Positions 40,522 to 54,289 are shown, numbered from the whole stretch's first letter. The stretch is DNA of 62,251 bases, filler included, from Choristocarpus tenellus KU-1152 (GCA_964200185.2; 6 parts of 6 records of this genome joined end to end with filler, not necessarily neighbours in it); one strand, 5' to 3'. Notes: generated by a model from the sequence alone, not told the origin. Program-made: numbers and translations.

Positions 40522-42877
40522 ATGGCAGGAGGTACCCAGGGAGGGGATGCAGGGAATGGAGAAAAACAAGGTTCTCCCTCTTTTGCGTACGACGACCAAC
40601 AGATAGTCCGAAACGGTGAGGGTGAGATTAAGGGCGAAAGCGTACGGAATAAATCGTGGCGGCCAATCAGTCCCAGTAGCGCGCCCAAAATTTTACTACG
40701 GAGCCCAACACTTGCTATGGCTACCAATCCTAAACCTGGCGGGACTGGGAATGAGGGTGTTGGAGAAGTAGGGGCTGGCATCGACCTTGATGAAGATGGA
40801 ATATCAAGTCGTAAGTTAGTCCACGCTTCCAGCTGGATGGATGACGGCGAGGAATTTCAACCTCCTCTACTTACATTGCCTCCGGAGTTGGGTGGGGCTG
40901 GTGTGGTCAACCCTGCCATAAGCAAGGGATTGGAAGACAGCATCGGGGATGGAGATAGTAACCATTTGGCAATGGAAGAGGAGCATATTACGAAATTTAT
41001 GGGTGCAGCAATGGAGACTGGAGGGAATTGCTTACCAATAACACCCGAGAAACCCACCCTGGAGGGCAGCTGCGAAGAAACCGTCCGTCCTACAGCTCAG
41101 GTCGAAGATGGAGGACAGGTTGAGGAAGACGTGCTAAGTCAGGTACATAAACATGGCAGTTCAATGTCGAGGCCACCGCCTTCCCCACCAGATATGCTGG
41201 TGCCAGTTGGGAAGAAGGGGAGGGTGAGAGATCTTGCCATGAACATTCAACGCAAAATCGGTGAGCAGGACGGTATCTAGCGTTCATTCGCCCGCGCTTC
41301 TGTTGCAACATTCTATTCGCTTGTCCATCAATTGATTCAGTCAATTTTATTTTTTAGTCTGATACATCCTCAAAACCTCCTTGGACAGAAAGCCAGCCCA
41401 AGGACTTTACACCGACGATGTTCTCCCCAAACCTTGGGAACCCTGGCAATAACTTCAGTCGAGTGGAGCATAAGCACATTGCCACCGTTGCTAGAGCTGT
41501 GGTGGATATGGAAGGTGGTGAGGAAAAGAAGGAAGAATTAGTAGAGGATGTAGCTGGAAGTGAAGTGACAGCGGAGCATACAGTAGAAAATCGTGTAGAG
41601 GAGAGAAGGGAATTAGGAGATGGTACTGTCAGCAGCAAGGTCAGCAATAAGCACGTTGGTCAAATGAGAGAAGATTACCAGGGAGACGCTGTGTTGCTCA
41701 GAGAGGGAGATGTTGAAAGCGATTTTGAGAGTGCCTCAACCATAAAAGCAGAGGATAGTGTGACAAACGCAATCCATGACCTGGAGGTGGATCAACAAGT
41801 AGGAGACGAGATTGCATCATGTTCTGATGAGGGTACCTCACATCAAGGGGACAGGATATTGACATCGAAATTGTTGGGGGTTATGCGCCACTCATGTCGG
41901 TTAGATGAAGCAATTCCGCAACTTGTGGATAGAACTGCAGTTGCTAGAAATGAGAATGGAAGGCGCAAAAGTAACTCTGGTGGGGGGGTTGAGGAGGAAC
42001 CAGGGGACTACCAAATCACTGATGGCACAAGAGCACTTTATGTACCATGGCCAGACCAAGACACTCGCCCATATGATACACCCATCATTGATTTCGATCT
42101 GCCAGCCGAGCAAGCACAAGAGTTGAGCCTCAAGGGGTTTAGACTTGGGACAACAATAATTTCTTCTCCTTTTCGGAGATGCCTACAGACGGCAGGTGTT
42201 GTTGCTAGAAATCTGGGTGTGGGAAGTGTTACTGTACACTTGGGGATGGGTGAACGCATGGATAAAGTACGTAAAGAGTTAGCAGAGGCAGAAACCGAGG
42301 ACAAGGCTTCCAGAGTTGGACACTCAAGGAGGTGCAGGACAGGCTTCAGCTACCTTGACCATGCAGGCATGGTAGAGGCATTAGGGAATGGAGTAAAATT
42401 AGATGGCATTTTGGGCAGGCAACCACCAACAGACGAGAGTGGAGTTCAGGCCAAGGAGAGGTTCATCACAACCTTGCAGCAATTGCGCAATGAGCAGGTT
42501 GATCATCTCCGTCCAGTTCTTGTAGTGGCACATGGTGACACCCTAAATGCAGCAGGAGAATCCATTGCAAGGCAGATCATTTATCAAGGTGAGCAAGAGT
42601 GTAGCTTCAAGCACTGTGAATACTATCAAGAATGTAGCACTACCATATCCATGTGTTGTTTCTTTAACATTAATATCTATTCCTCGTGGGAAACCTTGCT
42701 CAACATTGATGAAGATTCTGATTGGCACTTTTTTACTACTTTCCCATCTGTGTTTCATGTATGATCTACTTTTCTCTAGCGGACTACTGTGCATGGGCAC
42801 TATTTGACCAAGAAGGAGATCAGGGGCATGTGGCAGATTGTTACGGGGTACAGATGATTCCAATGGATGCATTCTGA
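40522..42877 (+). CDS. Histidine phosphatase / phosphoglycerate mutase-like protein with a long acidic N-terminal extension (exons 40522-41260, 41389-42588, 42780-42877)
   Basis: Motifs VMRHSCRLD, RPYDTP, IISSPFRRCLQTA, VLVVAHGD and IYQ|ADYCAW. Phase-1 joins are consistent. Confidence 0.85.
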
Positions 42878-43318
42878 ATTGTAAACGGATGGCTTTTTAA
42901 TGAACACCATGTGATCCCAGCTTTTGGCTGTAGTTGCTACAACATTAGGTGTGTCAGGTAGTGAGAGTAGACAGCACCCAGCAGAACTAGGTAGATGCTG
43001 AATGATGTATGTATAAATTTCCCCTGTTAACAAATTTGCCAATCTGTCCACATATGTTTCTTGTCAGTTGTGTGAATATGATGGAACATCTATTGATAAC
43101 ACCCATAATATTTAACTTGATCTCTTTCTATACAATTAATTTATGTTAATAATATTTTACTTACTCTCTTTGTATGCAATTAATTATATGTTAGGTTTTG
43201 GACTGTCATTGCAAATCAAGTTGAGATCTGTTGACAGAAGGTTTTGATTAGACTTTCAAGTCTGAAAAAAGGATCTCAAATGAAAGTAGATATTATAGGA
43301 TACAAACCCAACAGTCAA

Positions 43319-46300
43319 CTACGACCCCCTTGCTGCTAGCTCTGTCTTCAGTTTTTCAAAGGCATGCTCCATGTCTTCATCACATTGTAGCACACGTTCG
43401 AGATATTTCTCCTCCCCCTCAACCTGACTCAACCTTGCATCAACTATGGAGTCATCAGACATGTGTGCAGCAGCCGTGGCCTTTAGTCGCGGCCAGCATG
43501 AAGTACAGCGCTCAATGATGTCATACAGAACAACATCTGAGAATATATTTGCCTGACAAAGTCAAAGGGAAGATAGTGGCCTGCTGTTAGCGAGGAGTGA
43601 GAATTGCACAGAAGAGCTGATTCATAAACATATTATAGAATGCCCATTGCCGAACATTGGAAGGTTGAAATCAAACATCGCACCATGGGTGATAGCTGGT
43701 CAACATAATTTGAGAGCTCCGCAGCAAGGTCCTCTGCCACCTGCACATCGACTGGGTGTGAATGCTGTGATTGCGATACTCGGTACGCCTCCTCTGATGA
43801 CATGAGCTGTCACCATTGATGTTTAAGGAGTGGGTAAGGGGATGGGATGTAAATAACAAAGGGTTAACAAGCACTTCGGTGCTGCAATACGCACTTAAAA
43901 CGCTTGTTAAGAGCATCAGAGAAGACGTAAATGCTCTACCTTTGAATTAATACAACAAATACAAGTAGTGACCACAGGATTCCCTCTCTCAGCAAAGCAA
44001 TCTCAATGGGAATGGGTAAATAGGTGCTTCTAGGAACCAAGGTAGCCTCTTACATTGAGAATAAAATCAGTGCCAACAAGTGCTGATTCTCCTGTCAACT
44101 TGGCAGCCTGTCCTCTACCACCACTCGAAATCTCGTGAAGGTCCCCACCCTGATGATAGCCTTTGCCTTGGTCCTTACTATTGCCAGTTTCCCTCTTTAG
44201 TCTAAGTGTAGCAACCCTGTCTGAGATCGTCAGGAACCTGTAATATGAAGGGACCAGGTACATGTTGAGGGAGGTGCTTGAGGGGGCCATTACTCATCAG
44301 ACGTATTGAATGCACTCCTTCAATTCAAATCAATCAAATGAGGCTAGAGTGGGACCAGATGCATCTCAATATCAATGATGTTGATATTGGTGTCATGAAG
44401 GGTACCCCCTTACTTGTTCATCTGGTGAGTCTCCAGCAAATCAGGGAACTTTCTGATGATGTTGATCATGTACTGCTCCAGGCCCTTGACTCTTCGTTCG
44501 ACAACATCTGGTGATGTCTTGAACAGCTCCTGTTGGTTACAAAAATGGACTCAAGAGCCTCAGCGGTTAAGAAAAGATCCCATGTGATAGAAGAGTTCTA
44601 TCACTCCAAGACGTACATAATAATCATGGTACTAATCATGGTACTAATCACTGTTACCATGTTTAGACAATACTATCACCATACATAGTAATAGCACTAA
44701 TCCCATCACATGTTGAATCATTGGCTTTGTAACCACTTGGAGGGGATGGAAAATAAACTAACACTTGATGTGGCATACATTGATCTTATAGATATATTAT
44801 TATTGTTAGTTGAGCCAATTTCAAGAATAATAAAATACCTACATTTCCCCACATAGGTGTAAAACTTGACTGTCATGGAGCAAATTAAATTGGATTTGAG
44901 TTCATTAACTTGACTGTCAACACTCCCATCAACACCGAACGAAATCCATTGAAAGGATAGATACGATTAGTAATTAGTGACATACTTCAAAACATCACAC
45001 CACTTTGCTGACCTACAAGTTTCAAATTGAAAGAGATCAGTACTTGTCCAAACAAATTGGCAGCCCAACCAAGAAATGGTCTACCTATTTCAAGTGCTAG
45101 TGTAGTGCCCTCTTCAATACAATCAAACCTTAACCTAAAAACAGGAGAGTGCACCTTGGGTGGAATGTTAGGAAAACTGTTTGCACGGTGTGGGAAGGCC
45201 TCACGTAAGTCCTTGTCCAATGCATCAAATTCACGGTACCTGTATTGGACAAGAGTAGGCAGGCATTCACGGTACCAAGAAATAAAAAAAGAAATGTGGT
45301 TAATGGAATTGGCACTGAATGCTGTTGGCAACTCTTGGATAATTTACCCTGATTTGTTCCCCAACATCTTTGTAAGCAGAAACATCAAAACCATTGCAAG
45401 GACAAACAAAAGAGACATGTGATCACATTTGCACATTGTCAAGAACATTCTTTTCATTCTTGTGTAAAAGTATATTATGTAAGAAACAATCACATAAAAC
45501 ATGCTTGTATTCTGAAGAATAGTAGGTGTGGGTTGATGAACTAGAATATGGAAGAGTCCAGGAATAGGACACATTGGAGCAAGTAATCCATGATTAGTGA
45601 TCCACAGAATAGGATTTGTTTGGTGGCAAAGATCCCCACCCCCCCTTGGGCTTGAAGACTCACTCCTCCTTGCTCCTTCCATACTTCATCTACGACCTGT
45701 CCAACCTAATAAAGAACTAATCAAGTCGTTTACATACCCAAGTCTTGGGAACATCAGCTTCTATAACACACATGGGCAAACTGTATGCACACATTGGTAG
45801 CACATACAGAAACTGTAGTTGTATTACATTACATCCAGTACACTACTACTGCTACTTAATGAGAATACTAATGGAGTAATAAATACTACACATAACAATA
45901 ATAGTATGCTTTACAACTAATATACTTGAAGTGTAATACAAGTACCAAGACATGGCTAAAGTCGAAACTGAAGAACTACTGATGGTACATGGTCGCAGTA
46001 GTACAGATTGGACTAATGTGTATCATCCAACTAACCCTAACCCTAAAAATACAGTGTAGCAGTAGAGCACAATCACGACATCAATATCAGGACCAGGCAT
46101 ATAAAGAGTAGAGCATGTACTAAATAATATCAAACAATACACATTCAACTCAAATAACAGTAAAAATCAATCTCTCTCTAGTCATAGAGATATGAACTAA
46201 TAGATATCGAGACTACATGGTTGAGAACGGCTAACACACACCACACACACTCAGCATATTTCTACCTCCTCCTAGTATAAGTGACACAAAACCATGAAAC

Positions 46301-49300
46301 ATCATTGGAGAGAATTGATGTTATATCTAGATACAAGTTGGGCTATAATGATGTACATCTTAGTGCACACTAGTGCCAAGTATTGAATATCCACTATGTA
46401 CACTACATGAAACAGTATAATTACTAATAGTAGAAGACTTGCAAAACACACTGTAGTATATATGGATGAATGCTGTCCTCAAAAAACTAGGCAGTAGAAC
46501 ATGTAACAGTACAAATTCTGAAGTACTTCTAGTACTTGCAAGTATTAGCCAGCAATAGTAGTAACCAACAATAGCATTTGTAATACTGTACGAGTGAAAA
46601 TACTTGGTTCACAGTATGTAGTAGGTGTACTATTGCCATTAAATATAAAAGGCAATGCACTATGGCAATATGGACAATGATTAATTTGATCATGTCATTG
46701 TATTGAGCTCAAAGAATGAGACACCCCACACTATCAACTTCCATTGTGCATAACAAGATAATGCATCACAGCATCAATCAACACATCTACAAGCATTGCA
46801 CCTGGAGAACTACCAGTGTAAGCATACAAATATTCGGAGTATATACATGCATAGCTTTGGGGTGGGGTAGACTTGAGTATCTGTAACAATAGTGAGATTC
46901 AAAACCCTTAAACTGACCACTACTACTTGAACAAGTACTTAAAGTTGCTTGTCTAATTGATTAGGGTCAAAGAAACCCTCTCTCAATAAACTCACACACC
47001 ATCACATCATACACAGAAAGTTAACTATATGAACATGACAAGCAAAACCACCATCTTGGGCACTAGCTCAATCCTACACCTACTGTTAATATTGCTAGTT
47101 GCAAATCACCACTGCTTGTAAACCATACAACAACACACTGCCCCTGCCCTCCTCACAATTCAGCACCAAATCTGCAAAGCACACCTTCGTGCAACCATCC
47201 ATGACGACATTGACTCTTCATTGTGTCCCCACTGACATCGCATTATATGTTCTGTGTACATCTCATTGGTTACAGGTTCCAGTCCATCTGACGGGCCATA
47301 GTAAGACCAAGAGAAGACCCCTCCCAAAACCCTAGCACGGGCTTCACCTGGATGTTCTTGCTGAGCCATTTGGGCAATAAGAGTGAACATTTGTGAGAGG
47401 AACCTGTTACCTTACCGATGCAGATTCAAGGATACTTGAAATAACACTAGAAAACCGTTGTCTCTTGATTGGTGCTTGTGTCAGTGATCAAGGGAATGAC
47501 CCCTTGCAATCGGCAACAGCATATGAATATAAAACATATGAATATAAACCCTTACACAACAGATATTCTCAAGATACTACATGTCCTTCACAGGGCTGAG
47601 AAAAATCACTTCTAGCAAAGAAGCAGTTGACTATTACTATGTAAAGGGCAAGTGAAGCAGTTCATCAAAGAATACACTGTACATCTCCTCTTAAATACCT
47701 CTTAACTCTCTTCACTCACCTGGTCTTTGAAGAACTGCCAACTGTAGTCCAGGCCACTGTCACTGCCTGGAAAGTGGGAGCACATTCAAGGTATTCATAT
47801 TTAGAAGCATCGATTTCACATTGGTATCAATAATGCCTCTCAACTTCATTATGTATCTCTCAACACAAAGGAATGGAACTGGACAACAGTAACAAACTTT
47901 TTTGTTCAAAGTAAACACTCACCTGATAAACAACATAACAACGTGTGAAATAATGACTTGCCTTTGGAGAGTTCCTCTCCCTGGACTGGCCTGGTCTTGA
48001 ATGGGTCCAGTTTAGAAAACCATTCAAGTGGTCCTCGATCAGCCTGGAACCAATGGTCACATACAAAATTGCAAGTAAGTACAAGTACAGCACATGCTAA
48101 TGAACTAAAATTGGTGCAACAAGTCTTATTCTAAAAAACTTATTACTGCTATTAGTCAAAGACAGTAACTACTACTACCATGCTGACCTGAGTAGCTTGT
48201 TGCATTTTGTATGTTGGTGTTGCTACGGGAGCCTTTGCAGGAGAGGTAGACATTTGAGCATCATCAGTACTTCCAGCCTGTGTACTCTCTTTCTCTCGAC
48301 AGAATGCAATAAGCACAGGCCTCGGAAGAGTTGGCAACACCTCCATGATGTGGTCATACGTGTCAAACCTTGTCATGAGCAACAAACAGATGGCATATGG
48401 TACAATATCATTACCAATGGTCACAGAGTGCAGATGGCTTATGGAAAATAGAAAATAGGGTGCAAGCAATTCCATCTTGTAGAATGCACCATTGGAAAGA
48501 AAGACCTGTGAACTTCCCTGGTCCACCTATGACCCATCACCATCTGCTTCATTTGCGTAGGTCATTGTGTAGTACCCTTTTAGCTTGGGACCCATGGTCA
48601 CAATATACAAATTCACTTTCCTGGCATCCATTATGTAGTGAGAATTGCAGCTGTAGCTTGTCCTTCATTTTGACCGTATATAGGGTCAAGGGAGGGCTCC
48701 TTGACGCAGTACAACACCAGTAACCCAGGTGATACAACCTGATACAATCACTAGAACCCACCGACGTTTGTTGATGCCACACAATATGTCACCTTCCCGT
48801 ACACCCAAACTGTGAGCAATGCCATCTGGTTGCACCCGGCACACTACCCCCCAAGCCTTGCTTCGCCCCTCTTCCTCCCGAAGCAGTGTAAAACCCAACC
48901 GTCCCTCCCCAAAAGTCACCTGCATGCCCCAGTGGTAACAAGGATCCAATACCATATGAAGGGGAAATAGACTTTGCTTTGTGTGAGTGAGTGTGACCAG
49001 TAGTGGACACAAGACTAACCTAAATCTATCTGGCTCTAAACAGCACTTACAAGAGGTCCTCTACAAAACACATACAAACATGATGAGCCCTACAAGACCT
49101 CTTACCATATTAAACCATTTACAACATGACACCAACAGCCATGACACCTCCAAGACTCAACAGAGATGCTAAGGTCAGCGAAATTATCCAGACATATCTC
49201 ACCTCATACATCCCACTGTTCACATAAGATCCCATGTTCCACCCCCTCGTTGCTCCTTGTATCTCTCTCCAGGCCTTACCCTTAGCCAGTTGGCGTTCTT

Positions 49301-51750
49301 CAACAGAACCCTCTGGCTGTTGTGGCCAGCCTACGCTTGCTCCCATGACTCCAACACCTGCCTTTGCATCTCTCATTAGGGTACTTGCCCCTTCCCTGAG
49401 ACAAGTTGATGATGAAGCACAAAGTACCAGTGTTCAAGAGACTAGAACAAGCACTAATGTGTACAAGTATGTGTTCTTGAGGATTTCATCTGTCTTACAC
49501 CAGGTACACATCCGGGTGTGCTTCCCCATCATCTGATACCTGGCTGTCGAGAGCAAACTCCCTGCGCTTTCAAAAAGAGATTCTCCCTCCCGTGCAGCAT
49601 AAGAGTACTCTCCTTGTTCAGCAGTCAGTTCCCCCTTAGAGGTACTCTCCTTCATACGGTCCTTGAGGAGTTCATCATTAAAGAAGTTGCCCTTTTCCTC
49701 AGAAATGTTGCTAACATTGCTCCTCAGTGGATCAAGCCCTGGGTCCAACGGATGCAACGACGTTGTCTTCGGTGGTGATAGGGATTGCTTTGTCAAATGT
49801 TTCTGGTCAGACAACTTGCTGACATTAGGAGAACCTTCAGCAGAGTCTACTTGTGACCCAATGTGTACATGCTGAGAGGTGGTCAAGGGGCGGACTGGAG
49901 CACTAGCACTGGAAAGAAGGGTTGTCCGACGCCGTGACTCTTGCAGGTTGATCCCTCCTCGAGACTTGGGTTTAGGCTTCGACTGGGGCTTGGAGTTAGC
50001 CTGATCAACAACATTCAATGACGAATAGGAAGAGTGACAGAATAAGTTGTCTTGCACAAGAATTTATAGTCCAAACATACCAGTAGCATGTGAGAGTAAT
50101 GTATGTCTGACCCAGCCAATCTCTCTGAGGGATTGTTGCTGTGATGCACTAACTTCACATTCGGACAGCATAGGCACAACTTATTTTGCATGTCGCAAGC
50201 AATGATAGCGTAGTTAGAGTAGTTAGAGTGTTATTGTAGTGTGTGCTCCTATTGCTCCATACCTCAGCCATAGATGACTCTTGAGGGGCTTGTGGATGAG
50301 GTGGTGCCAACACCTTGTTTGACATTTGGTTGGCCTGTGATAAGACAACAGCATTCAGTGACACACATCACACATAAGGAGGTAAACATCAGTTGCACAA
50401 GGCTCAAAGACCCGTCACAAAGGCCCCATCATCCACTCTGGAGAATGAGTGGCAGTAAACAGCACATCATCGAAATAAGAGTATTAAGGCTGGTAACAAC
50501 ACAAGTGATGATCAATATCAGATGAATGACATTACTTTCATTGGTAGGACTGCTGTACCTCATTTAGTGCTCCAATAACTTTGTTGTCTTGTCTAGTCTC
50601 CTCTGTTCCCTTCCCCCCACCAATGTTATCCTTGCTAGGCATGTACGTGCCAACATCATCATCAAAAAGACAGCCTCGTGGATGGACAGCTTGATCAAAA
50701 AGATTATTTTGTAGAACACCTGATTTGCTAACAGTCCCTTCGCCCCCTGAGTAATTATCAGCTTCAGCATCATCTAAAAAACAGGGGGGAAGGCATCAGT
50801 GGTCGAAAAAATCAGAGCTCGAAAAATTTGTGATTGTCTGCAAGATCAAGGTCATAAGAACAGCGGTCAGGGAAGTACAATCAATCTCCTGGAGGCAAGG
50901 AGTACAATGCAGAAAATACACTATACACTAATTGTCTAGTACTGCAACATTTTCCACAATATCAAGGCTAGGAGAATAGCACCACTAGCTGTGCTATGAA
51001 ACGACTGCAATTACATCACAGTCCGGCCAACTAAACCTGGCCTACCTAGTAACACCTCTTGCATCAGCGATGATGAAACACCACCCACTGATACAGAATC
51101 AGGTTCAGGTGATGGCAAGGTAGGCAGAACATACTTTGAAGGGTAGGGGTGTCTTCTATTGCTACCACCCATCTCTTCTAAATCTGGTGAGCGGTATCCA
51201 AGGCCAGCAGAAGAATTTGCAGACCAGGGTGACTGCACAGGGGCTGTTCGAGTTGTTGCCTGACTCTCGATATTTTGTAGGAAGGAACTCATCTGGTCCA
51301 GAAACTGGTCCCTCTTGCGACGGCTCGCCTGAGGTTGATTTGAGGTGAAGGGACTCAGATATTCAGCAGGGATGATTAATATGCCTCCAGCTAGCCTCTA
51401 GTCATTCACGACAATGTCAGCTTGCGACGATAACATCAAACCGAAGATAACTTTTGGCACTAACAAAAAAGATTAGAAGAAGAGACGTATCTCTCGTATC
51501 CAATAGTCACCTCAGATTTTTCTCTCTCTGCAGTCAACTCCCCAAAATCACCCTTTTCTCCTGGCAATGCCGAACGTCGGCTAGATAAACTACTTTGCAG
51601 TTCGAACATTGTAGTTTCTTTGATTGGTGCTGATGTTGTTGATGTTGTAAAGGTTGGTAGGGCCATCGCCGATCCAGTTACAGAGGAAATTGAGACACCT
51701 TGAAGTAGATCCGCAAAGGGATCATAGCTTGCACTACTGCTTTCGATAGA
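43319..51750 (-). CDS. Multi-exon PDZ + PX domain protein with a helical (GAT-like) C-terminus; 5' end uncertain
   Basis: PDZ: YE|VTFGEGRLGFTL...VVCRVQPDGIAHSLGVREGDILCGIN...YDHIMEVLPTLPRPVLIAF (48919-48762, 48368-48188). PX: YTEHIMRCQWG...WMVARR|YREFDALDKDLREAFP...FPNIPPK|ELF..SPDVVERRVKGLEQYM...K|FL (47360-47185, 45239-45155, 44529-44414, 44237-44054). Last exons 43806-43684 and 43552-43319. These joins are all in phase. Confidence 0.8.
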
Positions 51751-51960
51751 CTGCGAGGAGTATAACAGACACCAGTGTTATCCATCATGATGTTGCGGCG
51801 TGCACGTGCAGGAAACATCGGATTTCGCAGCAACTAGGGAACAATTGCTCCTTTCCTTCCATATTTTCAAGGTATAGGGTATGGTGTGAGGTTTTAACAA
51901 GCTAGAAATTGGGCCTTCCATGGTTGAGTTATGCCAACACCCACATCGACTGTGCCTGCC

Positions 51961-52026
51961 TGACCTTTAGGCACGATCAGGTTGACCTCTAAGCACAATC
52001 AGGTTGACCTTTAGGCAAAATCGGGC
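51961..52026. repeat. Three tandem imperfect 22-bp repeats between divergent genes
   Basis: TGACCTTTAGGCACGATCAGGT / TGACCTCTAAGCACAATCAGGT / TGACCTTTAGGCAAAATCGGGC. Confidence 0.8.
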
Positions 52027-52279
52027 TGAAGAGTGTAATCAAATATCCATGTAAGGAGCGATCCATTGTACCTTTACACCTTGGTCACCCAGGGAGAAGA
52101 GTCGAGGCGTGAGCTTATTTTCCGTCGAGTTCTCCATCCTTCCCAATACTAACAAGTTGATGTTTTGAAGGTTATTTGAAGTGCTGTTGTTGGTCAATTA
52201 TTTCGGAGGCGATTCCTTCTATTTTAATATATAATTTAATTGGCATACCATAGAACACAGGTTGAATTGGGAGGAAGCC

Positions 52280-54289
52280 ATGACGGCAAGCACAGCTGCA
52301 GGCAGAATTATGGAGGCACAGGCCCTTCGCGAAGAGGTCAGAGGTGTAGGTAGCAAGAAGCACAAGGACTTCCTTGTATTTCTAACCGCCCTGTGCATTT
52401 GAAGCATCCAGTCCCAATTTTTTGACATTGTGGTTTGTATTAGGGAAATAACCTGCTGAAGGCCGGTTCGTTGAGGGAGGCTGCTCGGGTGTTCAAGAGG
52501 GCATTCGCTTACACTAGGGGGCTACATCCAAAGGTAGTTGCTGATGTTTCAGAAAAATCTCTGGTGGTCCTTGCACGTACTAACTTGGGGACTGTTTAGC
52601 TCAGTTCTGTCCTACTTGATCCATGTTATATGAAGAGGCTGCCACAGGCTCCCAGTTAGTGCACTCTTTCAAATAGAGCTTTCCATGAATTGGAATTTTT
52701 GGGTAGGAAGGTGGAAGACCACGCCATTTTGGTTGGTTTCAATGCGAACGTTGATCGAAACCTTGAGTGTTGAAGTGGAGCACTACCTCGTCTAGGGAAC
52801 ACACCGCAAAGCACGTCTTTTGTGGTGATGGCACATGCCCGATTATGCCTGGGGAGAAACGTCATTTTCTGCGAAGGGCGATCTGGATAAGTGGTATATT
52901 TATGTACTGATGCTCCCTGTCTTCGTACTCCCAAGGGGTCAAACATGGCAATCTATGCACTTGCGGTGGGCCAGCACGGGATTCTCATGGATATCGAGGA
53001 GCGCACAACAGTGCGAAGAATTGAAGCGGCTTGTAATACAGCTCTCGCTGTAATATACTTGAACATGGGAACTCCCTTGAGAGCACTAGCTTACGGTCGT
53101 CAGGTCAGACCTACCTTCCGAATGTGCTTTGGAGCCGTGCTGCATACAAATATTCATGTTTGTCTTTTCGACCCCTGCATTTACCTGAAAATGGTCGTGT
53201 CCTTCGCATGGTGTTTCATCTGTGGGTTCTACACTACTTGTAGTCCCGCATTAGGTGTGTTTGCAGGCAAACCTGAGGCTATCCATCATCGCTCATGAAT
53301 ACCTTCCATTAACCCTCAATATTTTCACGATTTTTTTTAACCAATACCATTGATTGGAGGTAACAGAATCTTTGCACTCTCTAGAATAGTCCTCGTATTA
53401 GGATTCATTTTTTCGTAGATCAGTAGGAGGAAAATAGATATTGTTACATATTAAAAACAATATTAGAAACCTGCGATATTGACCTGAAGAAAATATTATG
53501 AATGAGAGAGAACTTCTTTGCCATTTTCACTTTGCCCTTTCTCTTTTCTTGATGAAGTTGGGAGATGTAAAACATAAAACAAGAGTCTCTTTTGTAACAC
53601 TTCCAATCAAATATGAAATGGGGTAATATCTATTGACCACAAGCTCTCTCTGTTGTCTGAGATGACTTTCTCTCCTGATTCACTCACTCTACTCTGCCTT
53701 GGCACCTTTCTGATAGGTGTTGGACTTGGAGCCAGTAAATGTCCAAGGGCTGTTCCGCACAGGCCAGGCCTATTTAAGACTTGGCAATATTGAACCAGCC
53801 AAGGTGCTGGTCATGTTTACGAATGCTTGTATTTTTGGTTGGCATCTGCTACACAACTAGTAATCTTTAGTATTTAGGTGTGTAATTGTCTTTCGATTGT
53901 ACTGGATCTTAATTTAGTTATTTTAGTTGCCTGCCATTGCCTACATATCCATCCTCAGATGTTCTATTGCCCAACCCTAATCATGCTGTCTGGTTGTTTT
54001 GCGCTGCCCCACTGGATATGCAAAGAGGTTCCTGACTCGTGCAGCAAAGCTTGAGCCCAACAATGTTGCAATCAGATCTGAGCTACGATACCTCTCCAAG
54101 GTTGCACAAGAGAGACATGCTATAGGAATTGATGCCCATGATGGTAGAACAAGTACCTTCACAAATTGTAACATTGAGTTGGCCAACGTTTTGTGTCTCA
54201 GTGGCTTGGAGAATGGGCACTTAGGTGGAGGGGATAGTGGGAGTGGTTCCAGTGCACATGGATTAAATAATGGATTGCCAGGTTCTTAG
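52280..54289 (+). CDS. TPR protein, TTC9/FKBP-TPR-like (exons 52280-52336, 52444-52533, 52936-53103, 53717-53803, 54026-54289); start uncertain
   Basis: AQALREE|GNNLLKAGSLREAARVFKRAFAYTRGL, ACNTALAVIYLNMG and VLDLEPVNVQGLFRTGQAYLRLGNIEPAK|RFLTRAAKLEPNNVAIRSEL form three TPRs plus a capping helix. Joins are phase 0. Confidence 0.8.

Noticed and set aside
47860-48093. ORF containing YVVYQ as the first strand of the PX domain
   Set aside because: Wrong phase for the exon chain. The PX start is better explained by exon 47360-47185 (YTEHIMRC...WMVARR).
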